Of a stretch of 64,000 nt of DNA, positions 53,148 to 64,000 are shown in pieces; position 1 is the first letter of the stretch, and each line of letters begins with the position of its first letter. The position numbers and the translations under genes were made by a program. The DNA lies in NCBI GenBank assembly GCA_964016885.1, contig OZ024740.1, positions 192,386,001 through 192,450,000 of the forward strand, given 5' to 3'. Under the pieces are notes generated by a model. That model searched no databases. It worked only from the letters and a program-made list of their open reading frames with translations, and was not told the origin of the DNA. This DNA is from Eledone cirrhosa. Taxonomy: Eukaryota.

Positions 53148-53547
53148 GTTAACAAACGATGCAGAAACACACGCACACACACACAAACTAGAGCAACTAC
53201 ACACACACACGCACACACACACAGTAGCATTCCACCATACGAACATACTACACTGCCAATATAGAGGAACAAGGCAACAACGCACGCACACACACACACA
53301 CACTCAAGTGAGACAACAACACACGCACACACACACACACACAGTAACATTTAACAAACAGGCAGAGAATGCACTGACAGCTAGCGCCACCCCACTCCCT
53401 CATTCGGCCGCTGACCTCTGCCCGACCGACCCCATTTCATGCGCACGCGCGCTCTGCTAAGTACCTCAGATATTCAAAACAACAAACAGCGAAGGACGCG
53501 TTTCGCACTTTTCCGACAGACAACCTTTCCCCCACCCCGTAAAAAAA

Positions 53548-53583
53548 CCCAGTTGATGGATGTGAATCCGAAATATATAGGGA
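53548..53583 (+). ncRNA. Hammerhead-like motif with atypical CAGUUGA core (mirror copy at 52558-52594, minus strand)
   Basis: CC-[CAGTTGA]-T-GGAT-gtga-ATCC-[GAAA]-TATATA-GGG. Confidence 0.45.
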
Positions 53584-53790
53584 CAATTAAATCTCTCCCA
53601 AGGTAACTCTCTCTCGTGTTGTTATTTTTATTTTATCCTTTATACTCTTTCCTTCATTCTTCTACACATCTTATACACACCACGCATCTCAACGTACACC
53701 CACTTACATCTCTCTCTCCACCACCGGATCTTGTTACCCGGAGATTTACCCATTTGCATTGTCGTGGCTTCCAAACGACTTAAAGATATT

Positions 53791-53825
<35 letters not shown>

Positions 53826-54103
53826 TCTTAATTACATACCAGTTCCATAATTACTTGATTTAATAGTTCAATTTTGGGAATTTGCTTTCCTTATGAAAGA
53901 CTATCTATATATCATGCGTAGATCTAGCTGTCGTCTGTTCTACAGTGTGGATGTAATTCACTTCGCGCAGAAGTTTTGTTCAAATTTATTGCGGAAATTT
54001 TGTGAGTTCAAATTTAATTTTGATACTATCGTGTAGCTTGACCCCCCCCCCCCCCGTCTGAACTGTCAGACGATGGGTCAGCTCATATTTACCCCTCCTA
54101 GAG

Positions 54104-55974
54104 GTGAAAAACCTTTTTTTTTTGTATTTTGTGGCAAAAAAAAAAAATATTTTCAATCGTCTGACAGAAATGTTAAACGAAGCGAACGAAAAAAGTGGTG
54201 GGGGAACAGCGGTAAGAGTTGTAAGCTCGCACGCGTTAGTCCCCCCTTCCTTCCCAACTAACGTCATAGAGAAGGAAGGAAAAAACAAAATAAAAACAGA
54301 CGAATCTGCGGAGAAAGATGACGAAAACACAAATCTGGACATGGATTCCAACAACGAGAAAAAAAAATTTCAAAAATTGCATGACAATATTAATACCACA
54401 AACAAAGACACAACAAACACAAAAATAACATTTGAAAACAACATAACAGAAAGCAAAGCAGACGACAGAGTCAACAAGATTTCATTTGCACAAAAAAACA
54501 AAGAAATCTTTGACATATATACCCGAAAATATTTCAGATGTGGCACGAAGAATCACAGACGCCAAACAATACATAAGTGAAGGAGAGAATGGTATTTTAT
54601 CGGTTAAAATGCCTCAAGAACTCACCAAAGACATTGAAAGTCGAACGGTCGTGTTCTGAACCATCAACAACACTTAAAAAAAACCTGAACAGCCTTCTCA
54701 AGCAGATATCAAAACAGTACTCACAGAAGTACTTAATGAAACCACTTTCATAAGAAAAGACAGACTATATGGAAGCCTAGCAATTATTATGAAGAACGAA
54801 TCGGCGGCAAAAAAAATGTGCTTTGTCACCGATTCTTTCGAAAAATTTTACCTTTTATCCATCTTATATGGGTAAAAGAACTCAACGCATATAGCTGGAT
54901 GCAATGATGCCAGATGTGGACAACTGCTGGCTCATAGCTGGCTTCATCGATCCAGTGAATGACAACGTGATTTCCATTGGGAAAACCACAGGCAATGCGT
55001 TCAGTTGAACAGGTATAGAGCTGGTAGTGCAAATGAAGGCTGAACGCATCGCCCAAATACCCGACAGAATCCTATTAGAGGGCCACGGGTATATAAACAT
55101 TAGCGTGGAGGGGAGAAGGCCATCCTGTCATATCTGTGCAGGCAGAGGGCACCTGAAAGCTGCTTGTCCCCAACTCAACAAAAAAAAAAACCTGCTACCA
55201 ACACCAGCTCCACCACCACCACCACAACAGATAAACAAACAACAAAACTCAGTCCCACCCAACCCGTCCCTCAGTAAAACTACACCACCACCACAACACA
55301 AACAGTCACAACACATCCATCTCCCCCACAAAGAAAACCAACACGGAAACATTACCAGCAAACATACCTCTTCCCTCCAACACTGAGGATAACCCAACGA
55401 ATTCGGAGGAAGAAACGGAGTCCTTCAGACAGATTAAAAGGAAAAAAAGAAAACATGTGCAAAACACACACGGCCAAACAACCCCCACCCAAATCTCAAC
55501 ACAATCCAACAAAACAGAAAACACCCCTCAGCAACAAACAAAACCAAACCTGCCCCTCCCCTCTTCGAAACACTCACACTATCCGAAAAAAAGACATTAC
55601 ACTATACTTACATCAACAGAAACAATAATAAATTAAATGAAATCATAAACAATAATCCTTCGGTACAAACCGAAGGTGTAAACTTTGTTTCTTCAGAAAA
55701 CTACCCACATTTAAAATTAATAAAGATCCCAATGAACCTCTACCAAAAACTAAAAAAGGATTTTAAGGAGGACATAGGACCACCCTCTGTCAAACCCATA
55801 AACCGCGTCCTACTAAAAAGCTTTCCCCCTCCCCTTCCCCTCCCCAACACAACTCCAAACAGCCCAACCCCACCACACACTGACGACCACACACCACCAC
55901 AAGACACCCCTTCACCCAACACCTCTGACCCCATGGAAGTCGTGCGACCCGAACCCCGGGAAGCGGAAAGGTAG
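54104..55974 (+). pseudogene. Tx1 ORF1 (fragmented; gag-like zinc knuckle)
   Basis: ISVEGRRPSCHICAGRGHLKAACP at 55027-55386; multiple frameshifts. Confidence 0.7.
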
Positions 55975-56007
55975 GTCTCTACACTCTCCTTTGGATCTGC
56001 CGCCCAC

Positions 56008-59000
56008 ATGGATTTGTTAAGAGTAGGATGTCTGAATGCACGTGGCCTGGGCTCGACTTGGAAGCAAGCAAAGCTTCTAAATGACCTCAGGTCATGTGGT
56101 ATAAATGTAATGGTTATCTGTGAGACTCGGATCAGCGTCGTGCGGCAGCTGGCCCCTACCTTCGATAACTTTCAGGTGCATGCATCTCTCTGTCAACCTG
56201 GAGGTGGGGGTGGGGGTTGTCGTACTGCTGCAAAAACACCTGGGTCTTGCCGTACAGGTTGTGCACTCGGACCCGGAGGGTCGTTTGTTGGTGCTAGACG
56301 TTGGCAGTAGTGAAGGTGCGGCCTTAAGACTGGTCGCCGTCTACTCCCCTTTCGGAGCTGAACGGCCCGACTTCTTCCAGCGTTTAGAGAATTTTCTGGG
56401 AACGTCGCGTTCCCTGCTTCTAGCGGGGGATTGGAATGACATCCTAGATGCACGTTGGGACTATGCAGGAGCATGTCCTAATAGAGGGGGGTGTAACAGC
56501 CTCAAGGGGTTACTCGACCGTTTTAACTTGGTCGATAGATATCGACTAGATTTTCCAACTGTGCCTACCTGGACTTGGAGAAACCACAGTGGTCAACTAG
56601 ATCGTACTTAGATAGATTCTTCGTTAGAAGTAAGGATAGGGACATATTAAGCTGTCCATAAATGCGCATGGTTGGCTACACGGATCACAAATTAGTGACC
56701 TGCGTAGTCAATCTCGAGAAAACACATAAACAGGGTCCCGGTTACTGGAAACTTCATTTGTCTTTACCGGCAAAAGAGACTTACAGAAACCAGATTAGCA
56801 GATTAGTTAAGGAGAGGTTGACGGGTGCAATAGTCAACAACCGATGGTGGGCATCTCTGAAAAGAGAGATTAAAACAGAATCAATAAGTTATAGCAAGAT
56901 GTTAGCTGCCGATAGGAATAGAAACGAGAAAGAATTAACAGGTAAATTAGAAGAGGCAATCAAGAGCCAAGATGTGGCCAGAGTGCTGGCATCGAGGACG
57001 GCCTTAAACCAGTTTTTCGATGCAAAGCACGAAGGCTGCGTCATTCGAAGTAAAATACGTGCTCTAGGTAATGAGCGGGCCAAAGCCGTTGGCTGGGCTC
57101 GCGTGACAGAAGCTAAGAGTGGAAATCGATCCACCATCCGGTCGTTGCAAGACGAAGATGGACGGGTGATCCGGGAGCCTAAGCAGATGTGCGAGGCCTT
57201 TCAAAGGCACTTTGCCCGATTGTTCGGGGGAGGTGAGGGTCCGGGCGGAGACGTGGATTTCGGTCCATACCTTGACGACCTGCCGCGTCTCTCGAGCGAA
57301 GAGGCAGAGTTCTGCGAGGGACCAATCTCGGCTGATGAGATCGGAGATGCGCTGAGCCAATGCAGCAGACGCAAATCTCCAGGTCTCGATGGTATACCTT
57401 ACGAACTTTATTTAGCAATGCCGGTCTTCTTCTCCGAACTCCTCGAAGCGGTCTACTGCAATTAGCAGCAGAACGGGAGAATTCCTTGTTCTGTAGCCAA
57501 GGGCGTAGTCACGCTGGTGAGGAAGGACGAGAACAAGGGAGATAGTATAAATAATTTTCGGCCCATAACCCTGCTAAACACAGAGTTAAAGATTTTGGCC
57601 AAGGTGATAGCAAAGAGGTTGGCGCTTGTCGTGGATGGTCTGGTGGGAGATGCGCAGAGATGTGCTATCCCATCCAGGTCCATTCAAGATAACCTCCACC
57701 TCATGCGATACATCATAGAGAGGGTTGGCAACAAACCCGGCTTCGGTGGGGCCGTGATCAAATTGGATCAGTCTAAGGCCTTCGATAGGGTCGACCATGG
57801 TTACCTCGATGCGGTGCTAGCGGCGGCTGGGTTCGGTCCTGTTTTCAGAGGCTGGATCACTGCCTTACATAGCAACCACATCTGTTCTAGGATCAAGGTG
57901 AACGGCTACCTTTCGAAGCCGTTCGAAATCACACGATCCATTCGACAGGGGTGCCCTCTCACCTCCCTTCTGTACGTATTGACTCTCGAGCCTTTACTGA
58001 GGAAGTTGGAGTTGTTGCAGGGTATCCCCCTGGAACCAGGATTGAGCAAAGCGGTGTCGGCCTACGCCGAAGACGTAACAGTAATGGTATCGACCGACTC
58101 GGAGATCGAGGCGATCGGTACCTTACTGGAGGATTACGAAAGGTTGTCAGGAGCGAAACTGAACCGGGAAAAATCCATCGGGCTGCAACTCGGAAAGTGG
58201 AGAGGCAGACCGATGCCTCCCGACGGTGTCGTCGGACACTGGACGGAGGGCCCGGTAAAGTTGCTTGGGGTCTGGTTTGGACCGGACCTCCAGGTGGAAA
58301 AGAACTGGAACGAGGTTACGAACAATGTGTTTGCACTAACCCAGAAATGGGCCAAGTGTAAGCTGTCCCTAAAAGGCCGGGCGGAGGTGGCGAACATTTA
58401 CATAGCGTACGTCAATTACTACCGCGTGACTGTCGTGCCTTGCCCTAAGGAAACACTCACCACCATGGAACGCATGCTCTTCCAATTTATTTGGAAGAAG
58501 CGCCCTCCTATGGTGAGGAGATCCATCTGCTGCCAACAACCTTCGAAAGGAGGGCTGGGGATGCCGTGGTTGATGATGCGTAGGCACGCATTAAGGCTAC
58601 GGCACCTACAGGTATTCCTCACTGGTCAACCAGTGTGGGCTCCGTTCGTGAAACGAGCCTTTCCGAGACTCGTCTCGCTCACCGAGCTACAGTCCTGGGT
58701 CAAGCAAAGATCCGGAAAACTGGGAGACTGGCACACTGAGTGTGCTCAGGCGCTCAGGGATCTCTGGCAAGCGGGCCAGGCCATCGGTGGAGAATCCACC
58801 TCATCACTCTATAGAGGGCTGGTGGCTAGCAGGGGCGATGACAGCCTTGGAGAGTTGCTGGACATGCAATAAGACGAACTGGCCCGCCTGTTCGGTAGGA
58901 CTTTCGGCCCAGGACCAATGGACAACTTCCAGAAGTCACTGGCCTGGCAGTGCTACCGAGGGGCTCTACCCGTTCGAGAGAGGCTCTACAGACACGGGCG

Positions 59001-59445
59001 CCCGGGCAGGGATCCCTCAAAAAAGATTTGCCCTAGATGCGTGCGTCACGAAGAAACCGTTGCGCACGCATTGGTGCAATGTCCGGGCGTGGCTGATCTG
59101 TGGGGCTATGCCGAACGACTGCTGTCGCGGGTGGCGCCGATTCAATTGACCGCCGAGTCCGTGATGACAATCAAACCGCCTCCCCTCTTCACAAAGGAAG
59201 CAAAGGCGGTTTTTCTGTGCGTAATAGCCATGTTGAAAGAGGTTGTTTGGTGGACACGATTGAAAGGTCTGAGGTCAGGCAACTTCCTCTCTGGCCATAG
59301 TCTAGTCTACTTCTTCCGATATCACTTCGGAAGAAGGATAAGAATGGAGAGAGAGGTGCTTGGCCACAGGCAGTTTTATGAAAGGTGGGTGATAGTGACG
59401 AGAATGGCTCGTGTAAATGGGCCTTCTCTGTATACCATCCTGTAG
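56008..59445 (+). pseudogene. Tx1 ORF2 (APE-RT-CCHC), broken by one frameshift and several stops
   Basis: GCLNARGL, ICETR, AGDWN, TDHKLV, KSPGLDG, DQSKAFDRV, RQGCPL, YAED (altered YADD), CPRC..H..C. Confidence 0.9.
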
Positions 59446-60535
59446 GTAAAGAAGTAAAGGAGAGGGGAGCACCTTCTCCATGTGCTCCCCGGGCAAAGGA
59501 TTGCACACTTTTTCGGGGGTGTGTGCAACCCCCATCACGTCCCCTCCCTTTTGAGGTTATTTTCGATTATTTTCATTTTATACCCTTTTTACTCGATTGT
59601 ATGTAAACTACCTCTTTGTATTTGTCCCTTCTTTTTATGCCTTTATGATAAATAAAGAAATCTATCTATATATCATGCGTTGGGTGTAGCGCTTTGGAGA
59701 CGTACTTGCTATATTATTCAATTTAATATGAATCCAACAGATCTACATTACACTATTAAATTGCATTGTAAATATGGACCTTTTTAGCTAGTTTGGAGCG
59801 GAAAATTATTGATACCTATTACTGAATAGGGCATTTAAAATAATACGTTAAACATAGTTTCTACAAACTCATTTTAATCGATATATTTTAATCGTAATCC
59901 AGTCAACACATTTCCTTTCCATTACTGTACACATTATATGGAACTACTTATTCATGCTACTTATACGCCTAGCCTTAACGTTATTGCCAGAGAAATCTAG
60001 CGTGGCACGGTTTTTGTCAAAGATGGCACTTTAAATTACAGATACTAATTCATTTTTCCAGCGGAGTTGGCGGATGCGACGAAAAGTATTGGAACAAATG
60101 CACCGCTGTGAATCATAGCAGTGGAAGACAAATTTAACTTTCCAACGACTCTGCATATAACATAACATTATAATTCAAAGTAAACATATTCTGAATGTAA
60201 TATTCAAATATTTACAAATGATATATCCACTTAATAGACCACATATATTACGATGAATAATAAAGGCACCTATGTAAAAATCATGTATGAGAGTGCTCGC
60301 ATCTGTTATCAACACAAATGTTTGGTAATATAAATAACATGTATATTCTATATTAATAAATATTGAATAATTATTTCAAACTAATATTTGACCCTTGTAA
60401 TATGAAATTCCAAGAAACTAACACATATATATGTTTTTTTTCTTACTATGTATCATTTAGTCATATTTAATTAAATTGTATATCGTGTACTTGTTTATGC
60501 ATTTGCGTACATTAGAGCATATTTACTCATATGTA

Positions 60536-60570
<35 letters not shown>

Positions 60571-61149
60571 CATATAGATAACAAATCATTTCTCTATATA
60601 GATATAGATATGGATATAGATATACATAGATAGATAGATAGAAACATAGATAGATAGATACATAGATATAGATATATATATATACAATTGCTTTGAGATT
60701 ATATAGACAAAAGTATACATAGTCACATGTATATCTAAACAGTATGTATGGTTAAAATTACTGATTAACTTACCATAGAGTAATTTATGAGATGTTATCT
60801 AATATATTTCCTAGCTAGGAAATAATACTAAATTTCGAAGAAAGTGTAGGACCCTTTAAATTACTGCCTATGAAAAGCAATATCATAAATTAAACATATC
60901 TGCTATGTGAGATATAGCACTATTAGATATGGTTTGCCTGAGCGTGTATAAGCTCAGATGATCGTTTAGAAGTATGTATAATGTGCGATATGTGCCTCAA
61001 GCCCCTGGAAATATGTACAGCATTACTATATCTAACTACATAATTTATCTACATCTTTGTGATACATAATAGAATATTTCCATATCACACGATGCAAAAT
61101 TAATTGCCTCAGTTCTTCACCGGACAATTCTTTATCTTCATCAATGAAT

Positions 61150-61950
61150 GTTTTTAATGTCTTAAGAGGTCTTCCTCGTTTGCCGTTCGTATTATTGGAC
61201 TCACATAGTGAAAGTTTTCGAGTACATGTGTTGCCTCTAATGACATGATTTGCAAGTTATAGAAGCCTGATACGGATGGTATGGCTAATAGTTGGGCGTT
61301 TGCTGCAGATAATTTTATTTGTAATATATTTAAGAGGGTTGATGTTTATTGCCCTTCTGACCATTCTTGTGTAACAACCGTCTAAAATCTTAGGGATAGT
61401 TATTTTCAATAACCATGATTCACAAGTTTGCAGTACATTTTTTTTCTAATGTAGCTTTGAATAATCAAACTTCTGTTTTGCAGTTATGTTAGCTTTCCTC
61501 ACCTTCTCTATTGACCTCACAGCAGACCATATCATTTGACTTGGTGAACAGTATTATTTAATGATCTGATGTTTGTAGCGTGTTCTGAGTTGATGGTTAT
61601 ATATTTGGTTCTGTTACTATTCATGAAGCCTCTTATATTGACTAGATTCATCCAACTCGTGCAAGTGATGCTCGGCATCACCTAGTGAATCTGCATATCA
61701 GACATATCATGAGCGTATTCCATATCTGCTAGGTTTTGTCGCGGTTGCCTCGTGTTTCTACGCGTTTGAAGGGTAAAACCATAAACGCCATCAACAGCAT
61801 CACGAAATGCATAAACAAGTACGTTAATAAATATATGCGGTGCAAGGAGATCACCTAGAAGCACGTTTGTGACTGTCTGAAATAAGTCAGATTCCCCTTC
61901 CGCTGCCAGTACCATATCGAGATTGTATCTAGAAATATTGGTATTGACAT
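61150..61950 (-). mobile_element. Old RTE-type LINE relic
   Basis: ORF 61682-61915 (GESDLF..VLLGDLLAPHIF..GFTL..LADMEYAHD) corresponds to the QGDxLAP and YADD motifs. Confidence 0.65.
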
Positions 61951-62475
61951 TCTAAGAATGTTCGATCATGAATTTGTTGTTTATGGTGTTGTTATTTAAC
62001 AGTTCTTCAAACATTTGTCTATGCATTGAGACGTTTTGCACCCTCAATAAATGTGAGAGTTGAGTATTTTTTTGTCTGATAATTCCCATGCGTCCTTTTT
62101 GTTGGTAGTAAACTTGGAAATGTTGAAGGAGTTGAAGTCACTATTGATTATTTTGTCTCCTTCCTCGCAATACAGATTTGTAGGTCTGCTTGTATGTCCG
62201 TAACTTTCATTTCGAGAATGGATATTAGAAATGAACTATATAAAGCGGAAATACTCTACAGATTGCGAGAGAAAGCAGGTACTAACATAACACATTTCTA
62301 AATTTAAAACAAGAATCTGCAGCAGAATTTGAGCTCAAATTATTTTTTTAATTTTTAATGAAACTAATATAACGAAAACATATTGAAGCCATTTACGGGT
62401 TTTCAACTTACATTTTAGTTGTATCGGTAATTTGTCTCTTGTGGCAAAATCGTGTTTCTCCGATGTATTTATGTA

Positions 62476-62655
62476 TTGGCAGTATCGGTAGAGGGTCGGC
62501 CGCCATGCTTTCCAGCATAGTTACGTCCCTTTACGATCTGAGTTCAAATCCCGCCCAGGTTGACTTTGCCTTTAATCCTTACAGGGTCGATAAAATAAAG
62601 TACCAGTAATGCACTGGGTAATTGGTGGCCTTGTGCCTAAAGTAGAAACAATTAT
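62476..62655 (+). mobile_element. SINE copy
   Basis: ttggcagtatcggtagagggtcgg..gagttcaaatcccgcc..gggtcgataaaataaagtaccag..ccttgtgcctaaagtagaaac. Confidence 0.85.
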
Positions 62656-63258
62656 AAGATATTACCCTTGAAGCTTTTAAAAGACAAGAAAGTGTGTATT
62701 TCACTTACAACGTTCTACGAAGAAGTACTGCAACAGTCTATCGTAACAAAAACGCTCTATAACTAATGGAAATTTATTAGATGCAGTGAGTAAAAGCCTT
62801 TAACATTATTTCAGTGATATTTGGTGAGATCATGTTATTCTTTATGCATAACAAATGTTTCGATGGTTAAATGTAATGCCGTTGAGTATATAAATAACTT
62901 TAGAAGGCTTTATGCAAGGAGCACTAAAAATGTTCACAGAAAATGAGCATTTAATCACCAGTCGAAACTTAATCAATCATTTAACATTTTCTCAAGATAT
63001 TCATTTTAGTTACTTTACAAACGAAATAATCCTAGATTTAACAATGATTAAATTCATCTTTAGCGTTGAGAGAATAAGTTTAGAATTGTAATTATCCTCT
63101 AATTTCATGATGTGGTTATACCACACTGTGGAAATTTCATATATTACAAATGTAATAAGACTACACGAATATTGTCTCTGGAAAAGAGATACGTGTTACA
63201 TATATGGCATTGAAAAGTCTATTAAAACTGAAATTATTAGATCATGAGCTGTGTAGTG

Positions 63259-63361
<103 letters not shown>

Positions 63362-64000
63362 AACTATACACGCATTCACAAGGAATCACTCAATTCTTTG
63401 CGTTACAGTCACTATTTAATTTAGATATAGATACCGAGTAACAAGATTTTTGAGATGGAAAGGTGGCGACAGAAAGAGAGAAAGAAAGAGAAAAGGATGA
63501 AGGATTTTTAGCTTCAAAATTAGAGAAATACGGTTTATTTAAATTTTAAACAAGCGTGTATTAAGTTTTATATACTTTCAGTAAATGTAAGTAATATGCC
63601 GTGATGCGTTAATAGCATACTGGTGATTAATTTCCTGTTGACGTATATTTAGGATTCCAATGGACCGTTATCCATTCATCTGGGAAACTACTCCTCACTT
63701 CTACTTCAATTCATCCATTGTCAGGGTGTTACACTCCATAGACCAATTTCCCATTCCTTTACATAAATCATCGGAAGAACTTTTAATATACATGCGAATC
63801 GCCATCAGTTGTGAATTTCAGGTGCACTAGTTTGAAATATGCAATTATTCAGTGAATGTTAATATATATAATGCAGGAAACATTATATCAAATTTAAAAA
63901 TGATTATGCAGCAAGGAAAAGTAAAATCACGCAATTGTTTTATTTATTTTAGCAGAGACAAACCCATTCATGTTTTACTATTGGTAGAGCGTCAGACAAC

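Larger units (their letters stand above)
52348..53793 (+). mobile_element. 5'-truncated Penelope-like element with an inverted pLTR (~600-bp arms)
   Basis: 52348-52946 is the reverse complement of 53182-53793. The spacer encodes a GIY-YIG C-terminus (EH..SSFRKH..C..ILATE..LRIEEALFIKRLQQQINNRSE). Confidence 0.88.
53920..59661 (+). mobile_element. Full-length Tx1/L1-clade LINE with a 19-bp TSD, disabled
   Basis: TSD ctatctatatatcatgcgt at 53901-53919 and 59662-59680. ORF1 pieces 54104-55974 with CCHC (CHICAGRGHLKAAC). ORF2: APE 56008-56611, linker 56662-57465, RT 57517-58872, zinc finger 58918-59445. AATAAA at 59651. Confidence 0.95.

Overview
AT-rich eukaryotic DNA, most likely from a coleoid cephalopod (Octopus-like). 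This is inferred from the very long (TA)n/(CA)n tracts, the tRNA-derived SINE family and the mix of Dong/R4, Tx1, RTE and Penelope elements. I found no host protein-coding gene I can support; the window is essentially a retroelement graveyard. It holds three tandem Dong/R4 (RLE) LINEs each ending in (TAA)n, plus an older relic. There are two near-full-length Tx1/L1-clade LINEs (one with a perfect 19-bp TSD) and fragments, a 5'-truncated RTE-X-type LINE with an intact 797-aa ORF, several Penelope-like element (PLE) relics, a deleted mariner and about 9 SINEs. The most interesting layer is non-coding. At least a dozen type-I hammerhead ribozyme (HHR) motifs, canonical, variant or decayed, sit in short ORF-less modules embedded in (TA)n. 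These modules form ~485-540-nt partial tandem repeats or foldback palindromes, resembling PLE pseudo-LTRs or retrozymes. All motifs were identified by eye and boundaries are approximate unless stated.
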